A stretch of 51,972 bases of DNA, the filler included, from Stramenopiles sp. TOSAG23-3 (Eukaryota), in assembly GCA_900128585.1 (NCBI GenBank). It is 4 parts of 4 records of this genome, joined end to end, with 100 filler letters (N's around TTAATTAATTAA, not from the genome) between each part and the next. Parts side by side here need not be neighbours in the genome. Positions count along the whole stretch, not along the records: positions 1 to 23,888 come from LT642314.1; 3 more parts are not named here. One strand, given 5' to 3'. The position numbers and the translations under genes were made by a program. The notes below the pieces were generated by a model. The model made no database searches and was not told where the DNA came from. It was given only the letters and a program-made list of their open reading frames with translations. Position 1 is the first letter of the stretch; each line of letters opens with the position of its first letter. Shown in pieces: positions 10,201-20,691 of this stretch.

Positions 10201-13089
10201 ATGGCTTCTACAGAGGAGGAACCAAACGGATTGGACGGAACGGAAGACGAGGTCAATAATGGTGGTGCTCCTGACCCAGAAATAGAAGAGAAAGATAATA
10301 AAATTGACGATGTTGCCGATGCAAGTAAGGCACCGGAGCCTGACGATGCATCGCCTCCTGTTTTGGATGGGCTTGGAGGGGACGAAGAAATGATGGAAAA
10401 CGTTGCGGAGAACATCAGTCCGGCACTAGAGAGTGAGCCTGTCGAAGTTGTTGGGGACGAGCCGACGTCCCCAGAAGAAAATGTAGAGACCCCCGAAAAA
10501 ACACCCACAGAGGAGACAGCACCGGCAGAAGAGGAAGCCGCAGGAGAATTCAGCGAAGAAGTCACTGAGAACGCCCTAGTTGAGGGAGCTGTTTTAGACA
10601 AAAATATAGAGGACAAGGGCAGTACCCAACCAATTGACGACGACTCCATGAACGTCATATTAGGTGGCATATTGGACGATGTAGTGGGGGAAGTTTGCAG
10701 AAGCGACGAGATAGACGCATCACCCGAAGAAATAGAGACATCGCCAGAAGCAGATGGTGGCACACAAATAGAGACCCCCCTAGAAACTAGTGAAGTTGAA
10801 AAAATATCAGTAGAGGGCGATGCCGCAAAAATAGAGACGCCGCTTGACATAGACGAAATGATGGCCATGGGTGACGATACGGACAACAGTGTAGCACCCC
10901 AGCCACAGCCGGCAGAAAACTCCCACAGCACTGACGCATATGTAGAGACTCCACGAGAGCTGAGAATGGAGTTTGCAAAGAACGAGAACATTATTCAAGA
11001 GCAACCACAAGCACTTTCAATCTCTGACATGGTTGCTGCTCGGGAAGCGGATGAGAAGCAGCGACAGGAGGAGAAAGCCAAACGGGCGGAAATACGAAAA
11101 TTGAAGGCAGAGCAAGCAAAGGCAGCGACAAAAATAGCGACGGCCGCAAGGGGTCGCATGGCTCGTAAAACCGTTTCTGAACGAAGGAAGAACGTTCGCG
11201 CTTCAAAACAAATCCAAGCGGCATGTCGAGGGCATTTAGGGAGGAAACGAGTGAAAAACATCAGGGAAGAAAAGAGAATGCAGGCAATGGAGATGGAGCA
11301 AAAGAGACTGCTGGACGAAGCCGATAGATTAGAAAAATTAAGGCAGCAACAAGCTGAGGAAGCAGCCCCAGCGGCATCAGTAGTCGAAGAAAGTAAAGAT
11401 TTTGATGGCGCGGCAAGTACAATAGCGTCTTATGTTGACTCAGAAGAAGATTTAGAATTAGACATTGATTTCGAATCAGAACAAACCCACCCGAACGCAG
11501 ATACGAAAGACTCAAAGGCCTTGGACATTGCACTGGATGTGCTTAAAGGAGCAGATGACGAGGATGTAGATCTCGGGGTTTTGGACGAGTCTGTTGAAGT
11601 TCGGGTGCCCGCCCCTGTTGATACGACGTATTCAGGGGAAGAAGATATATTGACCAACCCCGTCGCGCAGCATGCAAAATTAGTGGCAAATAGCGGTATG
11701 TTGGAAACCAGTTTGCATGGCGCATCTCCACCCCCTCGCACGCCATCCAGAATGGTAACGAACTCCCCCGTTTCGATGAACTTGCGTTGGCAAACGGCGG
11801 CATGTGTGCTCATACAATCAACCTGGAGAGGGTGTCACTTTCGCCGTGTAAACAGGCTCATGCTCACTGCACTAAAGCGGCTGAAGAAACGAGCTATCCG
11901 TGAGAATGAGATAGTCCAGATGCACACAGAAGAAATGGACGAGCAGCGTAGAGAGTTCCGAGGGATTGAGCTTATTTTATCCATGGAACAGCGAAAGGTT
12001 AGGCGCCTAGAAGGTTCGATGGGAGAAGCGCAAAGGAACCATGAATTGCACATGTCGCAACGTTCCGCCGGGAAGTTTGTAGACTTTAAAGATAGCGGGA
12101 AAACGTCCATTCGCGTGAATGCTTCACCGCATAAAAAGAAATCTATACCGTTTACTGTCCACGCGCAACACCAGGCAAGGAAATCGGCAGAAAGTGATTT
12201 GGCCGAGGCAAACGGTAAGATTAGGCGCATGAACTATACTATCAAACAATTGCTAGAAAAATTGAAGATGAATGCTTCGAACTACAAAGTGAAAGCGGAC
12301 GAAGAGGTAGCCAAAATACGAAAAGAAATGTTCCACCACGAAAAGCGAAGTCAAAGTGAAATTTCGCGCCTTACGTTAATCATAGATAAAATGGGGAAAG
12401 ACCCGGACTTAAATCCGGGTTTGTATGAGTCTCCAAAAATGCCTCCCATCTCTAGTGCTGCACAAACCGACGATCGAATGATTGTGAAAGAAGAGGGAAC
12501 CGGAGGAATGTTCAAGGGTTCCGCCTGGAATACTCCTGGCAATGATGTGAGCAGAAGGTCCAATTATACAGAGACATCTTTGGCTGGCCGCAGCCCCGGT
12601 TTAAAGTCGTACAATCGAGGCTTTGATCCGTACACACCGGCTAGTACATACCACGACACCGGGACAAAAGGCAAGCGGGGCGCTGGCATTAACGCAAAAT
12701 CCCAGCATCGTGGTTTGCAAAGAGCTAGCATATCTTTGCCGGAAATAAGGGAAGCAGTGAATGGCAGCACTACGCCAGCAAGTACCTCAACATTTGGTGG
12801 GTTTCGTTCGCCGCAGTCGTCCGGTAGCGCTAGGTATGATTATACAATGTCTCCTCTGCTGCAAAGAGTTTCGTCAGTAGGTGATGTTGCAGCCTCGAGC
12901 CCGTCAAGGCGAAGTGGCCAGGGATTAGGACATAGAGGGCTTGAGAGTCCAAAATTAAAGGATTCGAAACGAGGACGAGCACTTTCTTCCGCAACCGACA
13001 CTCCAAATATGACGGCGTCGGGGATGGGATTAAACTACGCTGCAGGGACGCTGAGTTCTGCAGGCTTGCGAAAGCTTTATGGGGTGTAA
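10201..13089 (+). CDS. Acidic, coiled-coil protein with IQ calmodulin-binding motifs
   Basis: 962-aa ORF with an E/D-rich N-terminus. IQ-like IATAARGRMAR, IQAACRGHLGR and IQSTWRGCHFR. Coiled-coil middle and Ser-rich tail. Confidence 0.85.
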   Translation: MASTEEEPNGLDGTEDEVNNGGAPDPEIEEKDNKIDDVADASKAPEPDDASPPVLDGLGGDEEMMENVAENISPALESEPVEVVGDEPTSPEENVETPEKTPTEETAPAEEEAAGEFSEEVTENALVEGAVLDKNIEDKGSTQPIDDDSMNVILGGILDDVVGEVCRSDEIDASPEEIETSPEADGGTQIETPLETSEVEKISVEGDAAKIETPLDIDEMMAMGDDTDNSVAPQPQPAENSHSTDAYVETPRELRMEFAKNENIIQEQPQALSISDMVAAREADEKQRQEEKAKRAEIRKLKAEQAKAATKIATAARGRMARKTVSERRKNVRASKQIQAACRGHLGRKRVKNIREEKRMQAMEMEQKRLLDEADRLEKLRQQQAEEAAPAASVVEESKDFDGAASTIASYVDSEEDLELDIDFESEQTHPNADTKDSKALDIALDVLKGADDEDVDLGVLDESVEVRVPAPVDTTYSGEEDILTNPVAQHAKLVANSGMLETSLHGASPPPRTPSRMVTNSPVSMNLRWQTAACVLIQSTWRGCHFRRVNRLMLTALKRLKKRAIRENEIVQMHTEEMDEQRREFRGIELILSMEQRKVRRLEGSMGEAQRNHELHMSQRSAGKFVDFKDSGKTSIRVNASPHKKKSIPFTVHAQHQARKSAESDLAEANGKIRRMNYTIKQLLEKLKMNASNYKVKADEEVAKIRKEMFHHEKRSQSEISRLTLIIDKMGKDPDLNPGLYESPKMPPISSAAQTDDRMIVKEEGTGGMFKGSAWNTPGNDVSRRSNYTETSLAGRSPGLKSYNRGFDPYTPASTYHDTGTKGKRGAGINAKSQHRGLQRASISLPEIREAVNGSTTPASTSTFGGFRSPQSSGSARYDYTMSPLLQRVSSVGDVAASSPSRRSGQGLGHRGLESPKLKDSKRGRALSSATDTPNMTASGMGLNYAAGTLSSAGLRKLYGV

Positions 13090-13384
13090 ATCCAATGTGT
13101 TAGAGTATATGTGACAAATGGCAACGGTTCGTAAATTTTTAACTGAATATAGTAAAATTAAATAATGTGTGTTCTGGCAAAACAAGTTTCATTAAAGACT
13201 TCTTTAAACGTACAAAAGTAAGAAAACATTCTCGCAGACCCTTCCGAAACATTCAATCTCATTTGGCGAACCCCGAACAGATATTATTCCCACTCCTCCC
13301 AGTTACGAACATCTTTTTTTATTACAGACGTTATACGCTCTGCGCATACAAAGACTGAAATATTTATTTACAAAAACACTACTA

Positions 13385-14014
13385 TCAGTTTGCAATACTA
13401 ACGCCATGTACGTTATTCGAGCTTTGCAAGGTATGCCAATTTGCATGATTAGTTTTACTATCTGGTTCGCGAAGAGAGTCTAAATATTTTCGAAACATGC
13501 TAAAGTGGAGCGTATGCGATCGTGGCTGAACACGGGTGAAGGAATTCTTGCCATTCCTGAAAATGACGGAATGGTTTTCAAGTTTTTTGTTCTGTTCCAC
13601 TTCCGTCATTGTTCCAATAACACAACCGTTTGTGACTGTGCACAGTCTTTTGAGATGCGCTTTAATTTCGATAACGTTGCAATTGCCTACCTCTAACGCT
13701 TCTATGACCGAACCAACTTCAAATAAATTAAGGGTCCCTATTACCATACCACAAGTTTGTTCGTATTCAGTGTTTTCAGTCGAAACAGAGAATACTTTTG
13801 TGTGCTCTTCAAATATATTATCTTCCCCTATGCAAATCGGGCCATGTTTTGCTCGAATTTCGCAAAGCGGATTTACAATCGTGCCAGGCCCAATAAACAC
13901 GTCCCCTTCTATAACCGCAGAGGTTGACACCATCGCACTGCTACTGATTACGACTCCCTGCCCGATCATATCTTCTGGCGAGGGAGCTGTATTACCATTT
14001 AGAAGTTGTGACAT
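13385..14014 (-). CDS. DCTN6: Dynactin subunit 6 (p27), left-handed beta-helix
   Basis: IEGDVFIGPGTIVNPLCEIRAKHGPICIGEDNIFEE...MVIGTLNLFEVGS...VGNCNVIEIKA...GCVIG follows the p27 hexapeptide pattern. Confidence 0.85.
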   Translation of the reverse strand: MSQLLNGNTAPSPEDMIGQGVVISSSAMVSTSAVIEGDVFIGPGTIVNPLCEIRAKHGPICIGEDNIFEEHTKVFSVSTENTEYEQTCGMVIGTLNLFEVGSVIEALEVGNCNVIEIKAHLKRLCTVTNGCVIGTMTEVEQNKKLENHSVIFRNGKNSFTRVQPRSHTLHFSMFRKYLDSLREPDSKTNHANWHTLQSSNNVHGVSIAN

Positions 14015-14519
14015 TTTTCGCGCGAAATGAATGTCAAGTACTAAATGACTGGATTTACATGCGCACTATTTCTCTTCTCTGAAACTATTGAAATGAAATG
14101 AAGGAAATTTCAGACCTCATCTATATTTGAGTTTAGATAATATATGATTAATTCATTTTTATATTTAATTATAATAATAATTATTAAAATAATTAATAAT
14201 AATATTTTATTATAATAATAATAATAAAATATAGTCTAGTCGTCTATTATTATTATTTTTTTTTATTATTATTATTTTTTTTTTTTAAATAATAAATAAG
14301 AAGCAGCAGCAGCACACGGTTAATAATAATAATTAAAAAAATATTATTTTATTTATTTTTTATAATTATTACGTAGTCTAATAATAATAATAAAAAATAT
14401 TTAATAGTCCGTCGTTTAGATAGAGGAGAAGATGATGATATTAAAATATATGATAATACCAAGGGGTATTAATCATCACAACAAAAAATGGACTGTTGTT
14501 ATATTTATAGACGACTATA

Positions 14520-14865
14520 TGTGTAATTAGAATTTATCGTCTTCATATACTGCGAGAACTGCGAACTTATCTCTGCTCCTGAGATTTTACTAAATCAAAT
14601 TTACCCTTGTCACTTAGTCTTGACTATCATTCTATAAATATAAAATTATATATCCATTCTATATAATTTGTTTTCATTCTCATGTGTCCTCCATGCATTG
14701 TTATTACCCTAAATCACAACCATCAATGAGACGAAATTACAGAATCAAGTTAGGATTAGGGTACGACGAAGCTAAATTTAATTACTTAAATAACGTTTTT
14801 AAATTTAGGGTATGACGAAGCTAAATTTAATTACTTAAATAACAGCCAATTTTCTTGTTTTTAAT
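14520..14865. repeat. Two oppositely oriented pieces of the dispersed repeat family
   Basis: 14520-14700 matches the core (CTGCGAACTTATCTCTGCTCCTG...CTTGTCACTTAGTC). 14760-14865 has two tandem GACGAAGCTAAATTTAATTACTTAAATAAC units in the other orientation. Confidence 0.8.
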
Positions 14866-14951
14866 TGTATTTTATCCATCTCATATTTATCTATTTTGAA
14901 TAAATTACCACCGGAATTCTTAATAAATTCTTATCGACTTTGTAGAAATAT

Positions 14952-16655
14952 TTACGCGGACGTATCCACTGTTGGGCTGCTCGGAAGAGGAGGCGGTCTT
15001 CGCCTTGGCGGGTGGTCCGGGCTCTTTTGGCGCTTTTCTTGTATTCCATTGGTCGAAGGGGTGAACGGTTTGCGCGCTTCCAATATAGTCCCTAACCCTA
15101 AACGCGACGACACAAGGAGGTCATCTTGAGATATGGTTTTCAATTCCATCCTCGCCTGGGCTTCCTTCCCGCGGCCAATCCTGGCTTTCATCATGGCCCT
15201 AAAATTTTCAGACTTGTCCATGTGCTCTTGTCTTGCATTGTATCTATCGTCGTGGTAGAGAAGGGGAGGGGGCGAAGGTGAATCGTCGTGGCGCAACTGG
15301 CTGCTTCGCTCTTCCTCGTCATACACTCGCACCTGCCTCCTGCCAACGTATTGCTGGAGGTAGGGCTGCGCCCGAGGCCCTTGGGAGGAGGGGCCATTGT
15401 TGTAGAAAGGGGCTTGAGATGCTTCTCTGACTTCGTCCCTAGGGTTTCCTCTGGCGTTCTCCTGAAATCGTTGCGGCGCTACCTCTACCCTATTGCTTCG
15501 GCTGTTTGCCCTTTTGTCGTTGTAGCTAGACGCCGACGAGCGTGCGGCAGAATCGCCACCTCCCCGTGCCGGTTGTTTAAATTCCACTAGTTGATCAGTA
15601 TATTGCTCGTTGTCGCGACTACAGTCTCCTGGTTGATAATTGCTATAGCCGTCACGTGCGATATCGTAGAGGCTGCCCGGAGAAATTTCATGACCACCAT
15701 TTTGCAAAGGCTGCATTGCCGCATACGATGGCTCTACGAACTGCTCCCGGACAGCCTCCCACGCCGATGGCCTCTGCGTAAACTCGCCGTTCCGACCACT
15801 CGGGCCGGCACCGACTACCTGCCCTTTTCCTGCCGGGTGCTTAGTTCGCTTTTGTCTCGACAGCGGTGGCGAGGAAGATGGGGATTTGGGAGGGGGGGCA
15901 AGGGAGAGTCTGCGAGATACTGTGTGCGCTTTCAACTTCCGACGTTGCAGGCGTACCTCAGCTTCTGCTTTCTTCACTTCGGAGTCTGTGTGCAGCTGCA
16001 ATTCGGTCATCTTTTTCTTCGTCTCTGCGATTTCTTGACGAAGCCTGCTTATTTCCAAGTTCTTCTTTGCAACGAGATTGTTATGGCGAATTTCATTCGC
16101 TTTTAATTTGCTAAGAAGGTTTTTCGCCGATTCTTGGCCACCCAACTGCTGGACCAAATCACTGTACATGTCCTTTTCGTCTCTCAAAGCGTTGTTCCGC
16201 TTTTCCAAGTCCCTAATTTTGCGTTGCGCCTCCGATAGGCGCTCTGGCCTTGGGTTCCCGTTGATAAGCCCGAAAGACTCACGTGCTGGTGAAATAGAAC
16301 TATTCATCGAGGATTCCGCGAGGATTTCCATGGCTTCCCGCAGCGCCCGGATCTCTTCCCAACACTCTTCGATGGTTGATGGAACAATCCCTTCTGTCGC
16401 CAACTTTTTCATGACATTTTCCTGAGCGGGAGACCCGCCCCTGTTGTACGACAGACTGTGGGAGGCTGCTCCAGAGTGGTAGCTCCCCTCCTGCACCTCA
16501 TTGCTTCTATGGAACGCACTCGTAAACCCAGGGCTTATGTCTCGGGGACTCTCGGCCCTTTCTTGGCGGTTCTGGGAACGGCTTCCTTCACTAAACGTTG
16601 AGAAATATGCACCATTATGGCGTTGGGCTTTCCTTTGCAAGAACCCAGGAATCAT
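14952..16655 (-). CDS. Hypothetical coiled-coil and disordered protein
   Basis: 567-aa ATG ORF with coding-like GC and a coiled-coil segment (LSEAQRKIRDLEKRNNALRDEK...). No family recognised. Confidence 0.8.
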   Translation of the reverse strand: MIPGFLQRKAQRHNGAYFSTFSEGSRSQNRQERAESPRDISPGFTSAFHRSNEVQEGSYHSGAASHSLSYNRGGSPAQENVMKKLATEGIVPSTIEECWEEIRALREAMEILAESSMNSSISPARESFGLINGNPRPERLSEAQRKIRDLEKRNNALRDEKDMYSDLVQQLGGQESAKNLLSKLKANEIRHNNLVAKKNLEISRLRQEIAETKKKMTELQLHTDSEVKKAEAEVRLQRRKLKAHTVSRRLSLAPPPKSPSSSPPLSRQKRTKHPAGKGQVVGAGPSGRNGEFTQRPSAWEAVREQFVEPSYAAMQPLQNGGHEISPGSLYDIARDGYSNYQPGDCSRDNEQYTDQLVEFKQPARGGGDSAARSSASSYNDKRANSRSNRVEVAPQRFQENARGNPRDEVREASQAPFYNNGPSSQGPRAQPYLQQYVGRRQVRVYDEEERSSQLRHDDSPSPPPLLYHDDRYNARQEHMDKSENFRAMMKARIGRGKEAQARMELKTISQDDLLVSSRLGLGTILEARKPFTPSTNGIQEKRQKSPDHPPRRRPPPLPSSPTVDTSA

Positions 16656-17407
16656 TCTCTTTGCCCGGCCCGTTGCCCGAAGCCGTGCGTCCTATTTCGT
16701 GCGCCTGGCACGCCGCTAAAGTTTCTCACGCTGTAGTTTTCAAACGAGAGAGGGAGAAAGTCTCTGTTGTCTAACCCAAGTTGTTTTGCTTTTTTTAGTG
16801 TGGGCCGTCTAGAAATAGAAGATTATTTGATGTTTCTTTTGTGGGATGTGCGTGCGTGTGTCGGGGGGGCGGGGTAGTACCAATATCGGGTGGTGGTGGG
16901 GAATTCGTTCTTCTTGTAATAAAAAAATTCATCCTGCTGCTGTTGTGGCGTGTATTATTATTATTTATTATTAATTAATTTTATATATTAGAGTTCGTAC
17001 TTTACCACCAACTACTCATTCCTCTCTTTATATTAATAACAGCTATATTCATATTATAACAGGGATATACTTATTCAGATTAATAATAAAACAATAAAAC
17101 ACCATCCATCACATCAGCACATCATCATAATCACATACAAGTACAGAATGATCTATATGTAGATATAGAATAGTAGACTATAATTTAATATATTCATAAT
17201 GGACATTATAATTATTAACCTTAGGGTTAGGGTTAAGGCCACTGCATGAAAGAAGTACTAAATAAGTAGTGTAATATACGTTAGATAGGTAATAAAATGC
17301 ACCCTACCGTCAATTTAACCGTAGTGTTAATGTATTTTAGATAGGTTAGGCGAGGTTCATGCTTACCTGTATTATAACACCGTGTAATTAAAATTTTTTT
17401 TTCTGCC

Positions 17408-17487
17408 CTGCTGTAGTGATTCTAATTTTTTGTTCTGCTGTAGTGATGCTAAATGTTTGCTCTGCTGTAGTGATTCTAATTTTTTGC
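17408..17487. repeat. 3 x 27-bp tandem repeat
   Basis: CTGCTGTAGTGAT(T/G)CTAA(T/A)T(T/G)TTTG.. units starting at 17408, 17435 and 17462. Confidence 0.85.
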
Positions 17488-17964
17488 AGTATAATGGTTC
17501 TTAGTCCTTTTTTAGTCCAAACATAACAATATTGTGAGATGTATTTCGGTTGGCATAATATATGTTTTTTACGCTATATGTCTTTTTTTTTGCAACCCTA
17601 TGTGAAGCAGCCAGAGTTCGTAGTACTCTTTTCTTTATTTCATAATGAATTACTAGAAATGATCCGTTAGTTATCGTTATCGTGATGAACTAGACACTAG
17701 ACGACGACGACTATTGTATACGTTTATATACATTAAATTATAGATACTTCTTATTGGTACTGTATAATATATTATGTATATAATTATTTCTTTCTTTCTT
17801 ACTTCTTACAGTAAAACAAAATGAACGAATAAAAGGAATGATGAAAAAACTCAATGGGAACAAACTTTTAGTCAACCCTTACCCGTCAACCCTTACCCTC
17901 ACCACGCTGTTTTACGGAACCCTTGCCCTCCCTGCACTACAACGACAGCACGCATACACCGCAA

Positions 17965-20691
17965 ATGGCCTCCCCCGCGGACGGTGCCCTGGCGGGCCTG
18001 GTCTTGGACGGGATTTTTGAGGAAGCCCAGGGGAGCCTAAAGTACATTCTCGGGCAGGTCGTTCTCAAGCTTCAACGGCAGGAGGAGCAGATCGCGGAGC
18101 AGGGCGCCCAGATTGCTGCGCAGGAACGGTTGATCGAATCGATGAAGGGCTCGAAAGAGGAGAGCAAGCAGCTTGCCCAGGAGGCGGCCGAGGCGCACGG
18201 GCGGGAAGTCCTGGGGATCATGAAGAACATCACGGACGCGATGGGGTCTCGGATAGTGGACATCAACAAGACGATGGCCACCCTGGTGTACAACATCCAA
18301 GGGTTCGAGATGAAGGTATCCGAGCAGTCCGACGCGCAGAAGCGGGCGGAGCGGGAGTACGAGGATCGGATGAACCAGCAGCTGGACAAGATGAAGCAGG
18401 ACCAGGCCGCGTCGACGGCCATGCTCCTGGAACGGGAGAAGGAGCTGGAGGCGTCGGAGGCAAAGAAAATGGCCGAGCTGAAGGCGAACGAGGATGCGCT
18501 GAAGCGCGAGCTTGAGGAGCTGAGGCGGCGGCAGCGACGGACGAGCGCCAAGGCGTCGGAGGCCGCAGCGCTCGCGGCGGCGGCGGCGAGGGAGGGCGGG
18601 GACCATGAGGCGGGGGGAGAGGTCGACATGTCTGAAGTGAACAAGCGCGTGGCGGAGATCGAGGCCAAGCTGAAGCACGACAACGAGGAGAACATGGAGC
18701 GCATGCGCCAGGAGAACGAGCGGGCGCGAGAGTTGGAGCGAGAGCGGGCGGAGGCCAAGGTGGCGCCTCCCCCTCCGTCTCCCGTCACTGAGGAGGTCGC
18801 GCCGGCCGCCGCGGCTGCCCCTTCCGTCGAACGGTTGCCACCCGGGCTCGGCCCGGAAGAGGCGAAGGAGCAGAAGCGCAAGCTCTTGGCCGAGCGGTGG
18901 GAGCGACTGAAGCAGTTGATGGACCCGGGCGAGATGGAAAAGTACCGGACGGCGTTCCGCCTGTTCGACACGGACGGGAGTGGGAGCGTGAACGTGGACG
19001 AGGTGGACGGGATGCTCCGGTCGATGGGGATCACGGTGCCGAAGGACCAGATCTCTGTCCTGATCGATCAGGTGGACCTGGACGGGTCGGGGGAGGTGGA
19101 CGAGCAGGAATTCATCATGATGATGGCGTCGGCAGAGACGTCGCCGGAGTGGCAATCGATCCGCAAGCGCGTCTCGGACCTGTCCCGGGAAAAGGTGGAC
19201 CCAAAGAAGAGCATTGGAAACCGGCTCAAGGAGCTGGAAGCGTTCATCCACCAGGCGGAGGCGAAGTTTCGAAAGGCCAAGCTGCAGGAGGAACGGATCG
19301 GGGAGGTGGAGGCCAAGCTGGACGGGGCCGTCGCGCTGCAAACGACCCGGATCGACCGCCTGGACCAGGACCTCGACACGATCTCGGACAAGTTTGGGTC
19401 CGTCGACAAGGCCCACAAATCGTTCGAGGCGGAGTTGGCGCGGAAGGAGGGCGTGGACCGCGCCCTGAAGACCATCGGGCGGCTCGCCCTGTTGGAGGAG
19501 CAAATAAAGACCAAGCTGGAACGCTCGGACATGGAGGAGGTCAAGGCGATGATCTGGACGGACGTCTCCGGGCTCTTGGAGGAGGCGACGAAGGACGCGG
19601 TCCAGCGCCCGGAGTTCGAGGAGCGGCTTCGGACCAAGGCGGACGTCGTGAAACTCGGGATGAAGGCGGACCAGGACCTCGTCGACGCGGTCGTCGAACG
19701 GATCGAGCAGCGCGTCGAGACGATGTACGGGGACGTCGAGCTGATCAAGATGAACGAAGAGGCCGAGGAGCTCCACCGGGAGCAGCAGCGAAGGAAGGAG
19801 CAGGAGATCGTCGACCTGATGTCCGTGCTGGACGACCGGGTCAAGCTGACCTCGGAGAACGTGGAGGAGGACTTGACGCAGGTCCAGAAGGCCCTGGCGG
19901 GAAAGGCAGACCGGACCAAGGTCGTCCAGATCCTTCAGCAGCTGGACACCATGGGGTCGAACACCGAAGTCCTCGAGCGAATCAAGAAGCGGCTCGGAAG
20001 CAAGGCGAGCAAGGTCGACTTCGACCGGGTCCTGGGCCTGGCGAAGCGGCTCGGGAAGAACGTGAAGAGCCTCGACGACTCGATGAAGGGCCTGTCCGAC
20101 GTCGACGGGGTCGCCGTCAAGTGCCTCGCGTGCGACCGTCCGCTCGCAAAGCTGTCCGAGTCGACCCTACTCGGCGACGGGGGGGTGGACTTTGCCGACG
20201 AGCCGAACCCGCCCTTGGGGAGGCCCAAGGGGTACTTGCTCCACCCGCTGCACCGATCGGGGGCCCTGCGGCCGCTCGGCCTGCACTACCGCGTGCAGCG
20301 GGTGAACCGGGGCGGGGAACACCGCCCCAGAGCCCAAACGGCGGGGGGGACCCGGCGAAGCTGGGGCGGGACCGTCCGGCACGGCGGCGGCCGGCCGTAC
20401 TCCGGGACACCAACAAAGGCTAGGGGGTTTGCCCCAAGCCGCAGCACCCGGTCCGCCGGACGAGGGGGAGGCGGCATGGGGGGGAGCGCATCGATGCCCG
20501 GGCTGTCCCCAGAAACCCACTTTGGGAGCAGCCCGAACCAACGGGGGAACAGGTCGTCCCCGGGGACGCCCGTGTCGTCGACGTCGACAGTGACTCGAGC
20601 GAGCCCGAACAATTCGTTCAGCAAGATGGACAGTTTGAAACGGTACGTCCAAGGCTGCGATGGGCGGTACTACGTGACTGATTCGTTGTAA
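17965..20691 (+). CDS. Long coiled-coil protein with an EF-hand pair and a C-terminal CxxCDRP motif (QRICH2/DUF4795-like)
   Basis: EF loops DTDGSGSVNVDE and DLDGSGEVDEQE. Repeated LxxKAD units followed by KCLACDRP. First ATG at 17965 (the track starts at TTG 17923). Very GC-rich codon usage. Confidence 0.85.
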   Translation: MASPADGALAGLVLDGIFEEAQGSLKYILGQVVLKLQRQEEQIAEQGAQIAAQERLIESMKGSKEESKQLAQEAAEAHGREVLGIMKNITDAMGSRIVDINKTMATLVYNIQGFEMKVSEQSDAQKRAEREYEDRMNQQLDKMKQDQAASTAMLLEREKELEASEAKKMAELKANEDALKRELEELRRRQRRTSAKASEAAALAAAAAREGGDHEAGGEVDMSEVNKRVAEIEAKLKHDNEENMERMRQENERARELERERAEAKVAPPPPSPVTEEVAPAAAAAPSVERLPPGLGPEEAKEQKRKLLAERWERLKQLMDPGEMEKYRTAFRLFDTDGSGSVNVDEVDGMLRSMGITVPKDQISVLIDQVDLDGSGEVDEQEFIMMMASAETSPEWQSIRKRVSDLSREKVDPKKSIGNRLKELEAFIHQAEAKFRKAKLQEERIGEVEAKLDGAVALQTTRIDRLDQDLDTISDKFGSVDKAHKSFEAELARKEGVDRALKTIGRLALLEEQIKTKLERSDMEEVKAMIWTDVSGLLEEATKDAVQRPEFEERLRTKADVVKLGMKADQDLVDAVVERIEQRVETMYGDVELIKMNEEAEELHREQQRRKEQEIVDLMSVLDDRVKLTSENVEEDLTQVQKALAGKADRTKVVQILQQLDTMGSNTEVLERIKKRLGSKASKVDFDRVLGLAKRLGKNVKSLDDSMKGLSDVDGVAVKCLACDRPLAKLSESTLLGDGGVDFADEPNPPLGRPKGYLLHPLHRSGALRPLGLHYRVQRVNRGGEHRPRAQTAGGTRRSWGGTVRHGGGRPYSGTPTKARGFAPSRSTRSAGRGGGGMGGSASMPGLSPETHFGSSPNQRGNRSSPGTPVSSTSTVTRASPNNSFSKMDSLKRYVQGCDGRYYVTDSL

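Noticed and set aside
17221-17232. TTAGGGTTAGGG as a telomere or telomerase-related feature
   Set aside because: Only two units, internal, with no array or template context.
17408-17487. 27-bp repeats as a CRISPR-like array
   Set aside because: Contiguous tandem units with no unique spacers, a eukaryotic context and no cas genes.
18037-20423. Long alternative-frame and antisense ORFs (579 aa, 508 aa, 320 aa) over the EF-hand gene
   Set aside because: Expected shadows of a high-GC3 coding sequence, with no recognisable domains.
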